Part shown: in pieces, positions 63,238 to 64,000 of the stretch
Layout of the letters: the number at the start of each line of letters is the position of its first letter
Position numbering within the stretch: the first letter of the stretch is position 1
NCBI GenBank assembly: GCA_964188305.1
Contig: OZ076893.1
Origin: Podarcis bocagei
Taxonomy: Eukaryota
DNA: 64,000 nt
Reading direction: 5' to 3' (one strand)
Notes under the pieces: generated by a model
What the model was told of the DNA's origin: nothing
Database searches by the model: none
The model's input: the letters and a program-made list of their open reading frames with translations, nothing else
Program-made: the position numbers and the translations under genes

Positions 63238-64000
63238 ATTCAATACAGGTAGGCAAGGTCCCACAATAGCAACCTGGCCCAGGAGAAAGTAGCCAAGACA
63301 GGCATTGGGGCAAATTCCACGATGCTGTAGCCAAAAGATAAGGGAAGCTGATCTAGTACTTGGGGACTCAATGCTCACTACCCAGTGATTTGTGCCTATC
63401 TATAAATTGCAGCCCGAACTACCTGCCACGTCTAGGACACATGCAAATATCTTTCACAAGCTGACTACAAACAATCACCCCTTGGTAGGAAAAAAAAAAT
63501 AACACAATGCTTAGGGTGTGTGTGTGTATGTGTGTGTGTGAGAGAGAAAATGGTACCTTCTGAGAACTCCGCCACCTCTGTCACATTCCTGCCTGCAGAT
63601 TTCTGAACATCTGACAGTTCCTGTTAATTTAGTCTCACTCCCCAGTTCAGCTCCCCATATGGAAAGCTGGAGTGATTTTTGAGTAACAGCAAGTAATATC
63701 TAAAGTGGCAGCAACTGGCAACTCTGATACTGAGCTTGGTTGCAGCCATTACCCAGAATCCCTCTGTTCTTTTTGAGAAGCAATTACAATTTCACAGGTT
63801 GGAATTAAAATTCCCTGCAGTATGCAATAGAGTAACAAACTGTCAAAGTGATTTCAAGCTGCTAATCTCTCACCGTGGAATGAGTGAAAATAGAATTCCT
63901 CGTACCCTGTGTACAGGGCTGACAACTTAAAAAGATTTCCAGTGCCTCTGAATACATGTGGGAGAACAGCATGGTCTGCCCACACACAGGATGTTTCCTA

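Overview
This is eukaryotic genomic DNA, AT-rich and CpG-depleted, from a squamate reptile. It is most likely a lacertid lizard (Podarcis/Lacerta-type), judged from the Sauria SINE and Squam3-type SINE copies. The window holds the 3' end of CDKAL1 (tRNA-Lys(UUU) methylthiotransferase) on the + strand. There are five coding exons: 5608-5788, 8322-8384, 44672-44755, 46035-46199 and 59883-60074 (stop). All have canonical AG/GT junctions and splice into one frame that matches my recall of the human CDKAL1 C-terminal part (end of radical-SAM domain, TRAM domain, tail anchor). A short 3'UTR follows. The rest is intron and 3' flank containing SINEs, decayed LINE fragments (L2, L1, CR1, RTE-like), probable solo LTRs, many non-autonomous DNA transposons (Tc1/mariner-pogo and hAT MITEs), microsatellites and several TE-free, motif-dense blocks that look like conserved enhancers. 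Nearly all other ORFs in the track are spurious or TE-derived. Best observations: (1) a three-level nested transposon stack at 47238-49074 whose insertion order can be read from TIRs and TSDs, with the middle element inserted at the stem-loop junction of a perfect 16-bp hairpin; (2) related GC-rich MITE copies in inverted orientation flanking frame-symmetric CDKAL1 exons, a candidate MITE-driven back-splicing or exon-skipping arrangement; (3) a CTCF site with an upstream motif; (4) pre-miRNA-sized hairpins. I found no convincing wholly new protein-coding system. Repeat family names come from recall of consensus features, not from a database search.
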